This document shows, piece by piece, positions 36,563-40,515 of a stretch of 40,515 bases of DNA. The position numbers and the translations under genes are program-made. Each line of letters opens with the position of its first letter. Within the stretch, counting starts at the first letter, position 1. The stretch is from an uncultured Thermofilaceae archaeon (GTDB taxonomy: Archaea; Thermoproteota; Thermoprotei; Thermofilales; JAPDKD01), in assembly GCA_964587325.1 (NCBI GenBank), contig CAZPLI010000001.1:1-40515 (forward strand), given 5' to 3'. The notes below the pieces were generated by a model that was given only the letters and a program-made list of their open reading frames with translations, was not told the DNA's origin and made no database searches.

Positions 36563-37720
36563 CTATATTAGCGACTTTACTATGTAGTAACCTACACTGA
36601 CAGCTAATGATAATGCGATACAGTACTTTGTAGCGAACTTTCCTCCAAAAATAGAGTTACTTATGCTCATGGATGCTAAGAAAGGCATTATCATTAACGT
36701 AAAAAGGCTAATGTCTGCGCCCCTCAATAAACCTAATGCTATCCCTAGAGTAAAGCCTGACGACAAACCGAGAACCCACACTCTCAGTCTTAAAGCTCTA
36801 AGTTTAGCATTCCATTTTTCGCTAAGCCTTTTAAACTCCTGTACAGCGCTTAAAAAGCAACGTATATTATCCCTAGCTTTTACTACACTTCTATATAAAA
36901 TGGTATAGATGTATGGTAATATTACTCCCCTTTTAGGCTCTGAAGTCCTACCATTTCTCATAATAAATAGAGTTTTAAGCGCTTTATTCCACTCTCCTTC
37001 TTTAATATCTATCAGGCTACTAAGCACAGAATAAGGGCATATTGTGATGTTCAGTCTCTGGACGAGCTTGAAACATACTCTCTCATAATATCTTATTACA
37101 TCAGGAGGAGTATTATCTCTATGCTTCATTCTATTTTCAATAATATTGTAGACAATCAAGAGACCTACTAAGGCTGAGGGCTTTAGCAGGAGACCTAAGG
37201 CTAGTAGAGCCGAGCATACTAATGAGAACACGAGAAAGTCTTTCAGGAATTTATCTAAAGATATGCGCAGTACTTTGTAAGCGTACACCACTGACGCCGT
37301 GAGGATAGACAACATAATCGCTAAGACTACGTGAGTAGGCACACTATAAAGTAGTAACGAGATCACTATAGCTACTGGCGCCAGCAGGGATAGAGCCATA
37401 GCGATGTTGATTTTATCTTCGAACACCTCGAGCTCAACGAGTTGCTGTTCAATACGAGCCCTCGTCTCAGATAAAATATGGCTCAGAGGAAAATTCTCTG
37501 TTACAGACCTTGCTTTAATCATAGTCCTATATTGCGAGGGGAGTTCTGCAGAAAAACCACACCTAATCTTAAACAAATAGCCCAGGAGCTCAGGGTCATT
37601 AACTACACTTTGGACCCCTTTTAGCATGGAGTAATGTGACTCACTCGCTAGGATCGCAGCAATAGCCCTCAGATCCTGAGTCAATTTTGCAACGGGCCCG
37701 TCAGCTATCACTTCAAGCAC
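36563..37720 (-). CDS. Polytopic membrane protein, possible TadC/GspF-like platform
   Basis: Two soluble segments, each followed by TM clusters; overlaps the ATPase gene end. No diagnostic motif is recognised. Confidence 0.5.
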   Translation of the reverse strand: MLEVIADGPVAKLTQDLRAIAAILASESHYSMLKGVQSVVNDPELLGYLFKIRCGFSAELPSQYRTMIKARSVTENFPLSHILSETRARIEQQLVELEVFEDKINIAMALSLLAPVAIVISLLLYSVPTHVVLAIMLSILTASVVYAYKVLRISLDKFLKDFLVFSLVCSALLALGLLLKPSALVGLLIVYNIIENRMKHRDNTPPDVIRYYERVCFKLVQRLNITICPYSVLSSLIDIKEGEWNKALKTLFIMRNGRTSEPKRGVILPYIYTILYRSVVKARDNIRCFLSAVQEFKRLSEKWNAKLRALRLRVWVLGLSSGFTLGIALGLLRGADISLFTLMIMPFLASMSISNSIFGGKFATKYCIALSLAVSVGYYIVKSLI

Positions 37721-39528
37721 CTCCTAAGCATGCACTCTAGGGCCTCTCGGCCTAGATGACCACGGACAAGGCGATCTAGGACTGCCCCGTAAAGCTCGTC
37801 ATAGGACAAACCAAGTTCCTCGAGTAGTAATGGTATCCTAGATGACTGCCCAAGTATTCCTAGGTTATACTCGTAGATATTTACTACATTTCCACTCTCT
37901 ATTTCAACTATCCTATAGATATATTTAAAGTCATTTTTATATATATTACGCGCAGTGAAGATTATTAAATCTAGGAGATTTATCAAATCTGTCGGTATGT
38001 CATAGACCTTAGTCAAACGTAAAATAAGCTCTTGAGGTCCTCTCGAGTGGCAGGTAGCCATACAGCGCAGACCAGAGCTCATAGCATGAAAAGCTGCAAT
38101 AAAATGCTCCCTCGTCTGGAGCTCGCCCAGGATCAAGTAATCCGGCTTTCTGTGAAGAGCCTTAATCACCTCTATGGCTTTCGTTGACCGCCCCGCCCCT
38201 AAGACCTCACTTAGCTCTACGGGCTTCACTCGCAAGCGCACTTGATGCACACCTTCTCTTAACTGATCTTTACTTTCAATGGCGTCCTCAATGTATACTC
38301 TCCTCACAAAGCGTGGAAGAAGCATGTCAAGCGCGTTAAGAAGCGTGGTTTTACCACTGCCGGGTTCTCCCGCTATTAGTATGTTTGCACGGGCTACTAC
38401 GCTAACTACGAGGAACGCAGCAATCTCAGCGTCCAGGAACTCTCTCCTGATTAGATCGAGTAGCGTAAATCTCGCCTTGCTATGCTTTCTAACGTCCAAA
38501 ACGTAGCCGTTTACGGCTAGTGGGCTTTTGTCTATAGATACTCGTGCACTGAATAGCTCTGTATTATAGTCTATTTTGATGGACGTATGCTCCTCGTCTG
38601 CTGGTATTCCCATGTCCGCTTCAAGATGTCTGAGAATTGCCTCAAAGTCACCGGTCCTTAGAGTGATGTTAGATACGCACCTACCGTATATCTCGTGGTC
38701 GAGATACACTCTTGCTCCTGGCGAATCACAGAAGAACTCCTGAACTTTAGTGTCTAGGAGGAAAGGCATGATTTTCGCTATGTTTAGGGACAGGTACACT
38801 GAGTAGTCAGTAAGTTCCTTAATGAAAACCTCTCTATAGACTGTCAGGTAAGGCTCTAGCACGGATAAGGATGCTACACGTTGAGCTAATCTGCTTCTAT
38901 GCTTAATTATCTCGTCTAGCGACATATTTACTATTCGTTGCGAGAAGAATACGTAGTCGTATCGAACCATAAGTTTCGCAATAGTTCTTGCTAATGAATA
39001 TAGCAAATAATCAGGCGATCTGATCTTTACATGATATTCGTACTCAAATACATTTTCATCATTTTCACGTATTGCGATTTTATATGGACCTACATAATAC
39101 TCTTCGATATTTATAGTTGGCTTCTTTCTGACTAGATTATTAATGCTAAGAATATCAACCCTATTTTCTATTTTCTTATGGTTAATTGGTCTTACCGAGC
39201 TCCTCATCTTGAGTATTTTTGCCGCTGCCTGCACAGCCTCACTAATATTGTCGGCCTCAGAGAATACTTCAAAGACCCTCTCGTAAAGTTGGGGTTTTAT
39301 TATGATTTTCTCTCTAATCCTGCGAAGCAGTTCTGCTGTAGGTACTACGTACTCTCTAATGATTGGCTTATCTATACGTACTATTTTGTCACTAAATAGC
39401 AGTAGTACTTCTTTAATTTCGTCATAACTAGGTAGTAGTGAAACTAGCGACACGGCTAAGCTGATTATTTCCGTTTCTCTTTGAGGATGTAAATATTCTA
39501 TTTTCGCTAATATTTTTGATTTCTTCAT
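37708..39528 (-). CDS. Type II/IV secretion (VirB11/CpaF/FlaI-like) ATPase
   Basis: Walker A GEPGSGKTT, Asp box IEDAIE, Walker B PDYLILGE and His box ATCH. Confidence 0.88.
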   Translation of the reverse strand: MKKSKILAKIEYLHPQRETEIISLAVSLVSLLPSYDEIKEVLLLFSDKIVRIDKPIIREYVVPTAELLRRIREKIIIKPQLYERVFEVFSEADNISEAVQAAAKILKMRSSVRPINHKKIENRVDILSINNLVRKKPTINIEEYYVGPYKIAIRENDENVFEYEYHVKIRSPDYLLYSLARTIAKLMVRYDYVFFSQRIVNMSLDEIIKHRSRLAQRVASLSVLEPYLTVYREVFIKELTDYSVYLSLNIAKIMPFLLDTKVQEFFCDSPGARVYLDHEIYGRCVSNITLRTGDFEAILRHLEADMGIPADEEHTSIKIDYNTELFSARVSIDKSPLAVNGYVLDVRKHSKARFTLLDLIRREFLDAEIAAFLVVSVVARANILIAGEPGSGKTTLLNALDMLLPRFVRRVYIEDAIESKDQLREGVHQVRLRVKPVELSEVLGAGRSTKAIEVIKALHRKPDYLILGELQTREHFIAAFHAMSSGLRCMATCHSRGPQELILRLTKVYDIPTDLINLLDLIIFTARNIYKNDFKYIYRIVEIESGNVVNIYEYNLGILGQSSRIPLLLEELGLSYDELYGAVLDRLVRGHLGREALECMLRRCLK

Positions 39529-40420
39529 AATCTTCTACCTCTATTATTCTCTTTATAGAGTCAATACTTGACCGTATAGAGCTTGGGGAATGGCCTAGAG
39601 CTCGAGCTAGTTCCGACAGTGTCAGGTAAGCATAGCAACTAGTAGGTACAGCAAGCGAGTTTAATGCTACATATAGCACGGCAGAGGCCACTACGGAAGG
39701 ATTCTTTCCCTGGATAAGAGGGTGCCCTTCAACTCTCTTCGCTATTTTAAATGCTATGGGCCTCACGTCGTCCAGTATGAAAGCCAGCTTCCTGCCGTAG
39801 CGTCTTTTTAATGTCCGTATATGAAGGCTGACCAGTTCGCTTATTGTTGACCTCCTAGGGCACAGGCCCACACGCCGCGCGAGCCAGAACCCCTCAATCA
39901 TGTTACTGACCGTAACATTATGTCCTTCAGCTCTGAACTCTCTAATGACAGTCTTAGATTTGACATTAATCCCGTACTCCCTGCAAGCTAAGAGTATAGC
40001 GACAGCCGCTAGGCGATAGTGGTTAAGCTTGCGCCGAGGCCCTAAGAGCTTCGCACGCTCCTCAGATACTTTCCTTGAAAGCTGTAAGTAAATCATTTCT
40101 GCACGCTTTTCTACGTGTGATGGTATGCCGAGCCTCTGCGAGACAGACTTAATGCATCTTAGAGCGTGCATTTCCATTACACGCCTAGAACTCATTTTGA
40201 CGTAGAGATTAGCTCTTGCTATTCTCCACCCGCCTATGCTTCTTCCGATGAAAGACCCTTCCTCTAACCCATCCCAAGGGACGGGGCCCGAGATCTTTCT
40301 CTCAAAGACATCCCCAGAGTACTGAATCGGAGGATCGTGCACAAGACCGCATACTTCGCACACGTAAGTGTTATCCTCGTTTAGTATTAACCGTCCGCCA
40401 CATTCTCTGCACGTATACAC
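39428..40420 (-). CDS. Divergent transcription factor B (TFB)-like protein
   Basis: N-terminal Zn ribbon CRECGG...VCEVCGLV and two cyclin-like repeats (AAVAILLACREYG; QGKNPSVVASAVLYVA...LTLSELARALG). Confidence 0.8.
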   Translation of the reverse strand: MYTCRECGGRLILNEDNTYVCEVCGLVHDPPIQYSGDVFERKISGPVPWDGLEEGSFIGRSIGGWRIARANLYVKMSSRRVMEMHALRCIKSVSQRLGIPSHVEKRAEMIYLQLSRKVSEERAKLLGPRRKLNHYRLAAVAILLACREYGINVKSKTVIREFRAEGHNVTVSNMIEGFWLARRVGLCPRRSTISELVSLHIRTLKRRYGRKLAFILDDVRPIAFKIAKRVEGHPLIQGKNPSVVASAVLYVALNSLAVPTSCYAYLTLSELARALGHSPSSIRSSIDSIKRIIEVEDYEEIKNISENRIFTSSKRNGNNQLSRVASFTTT

Positions 40421-40515
40421 GCGCTTCCACCCTTCAACGCCGCTCGCAGCAAGCTTATGAAAAGTGAAGGGGGAAAGTGGGGGGAGGGGGAGGCGTAGAG
40501 GGCTTGCTGCAGACT

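Noticed and set aside
1-40515. CRISPR arrays, rRNA genes, transposases, and the many short antisense or overlapping ORFs in the track (e.g. 1058-1627, 13092-13442, 34294-34731)
   Set aside because: No repeat-spacer periodicity, rRNA or transposase motifs were seen. The short ORFs are shadows of well-supported genes and have no motifs of their own.

Overview
This window is core archaeal chromosome, most consistent with Thermoproteota (Thermoproteales, probably Thermofilaceae-like). That inference rests on Rpo8, SmAP3, a PUA-less ArcTGT, a stand-alone uL6, a variable-loop tRNA intron and the presence of Rpp21. It is densely packed with information-processing genes: MCM, Hel308, TBP, four RNAP subunits, ribosomal proteins, tRNA/rRNA modification enzymes, RNase P proteins and proteasome alpha. 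It also holds an ECF module, three tRNAs (two with introns), a pilin-like/secretion-ATPase set and a divergent TFB. The main discovery is that the TBP gene is split by a 31-nt insertion (17758-17788, minus strand) with near-canonical bulge-helix-bulge geometry. Removing it at the standard tRNA-splicing-endonuclease cut sites exactly restores the reading frame and the conserved Y-x-P-E-Q-F-P-G-L motif, so it is a candidate pre-mRNA intron in a basal transcription factor. A second finding is an intergenic H/ACA guide RNA candidate (~11915-11989, minus) whose pocket matches the 23S rRNA peptidyl-transferase-centre segment. Several short real ORFs are missing from the ORF track, including Rpo12, an RHH protein and two small membrane peptides. 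All protein calls come from motif recognition by eye; no database search was run.
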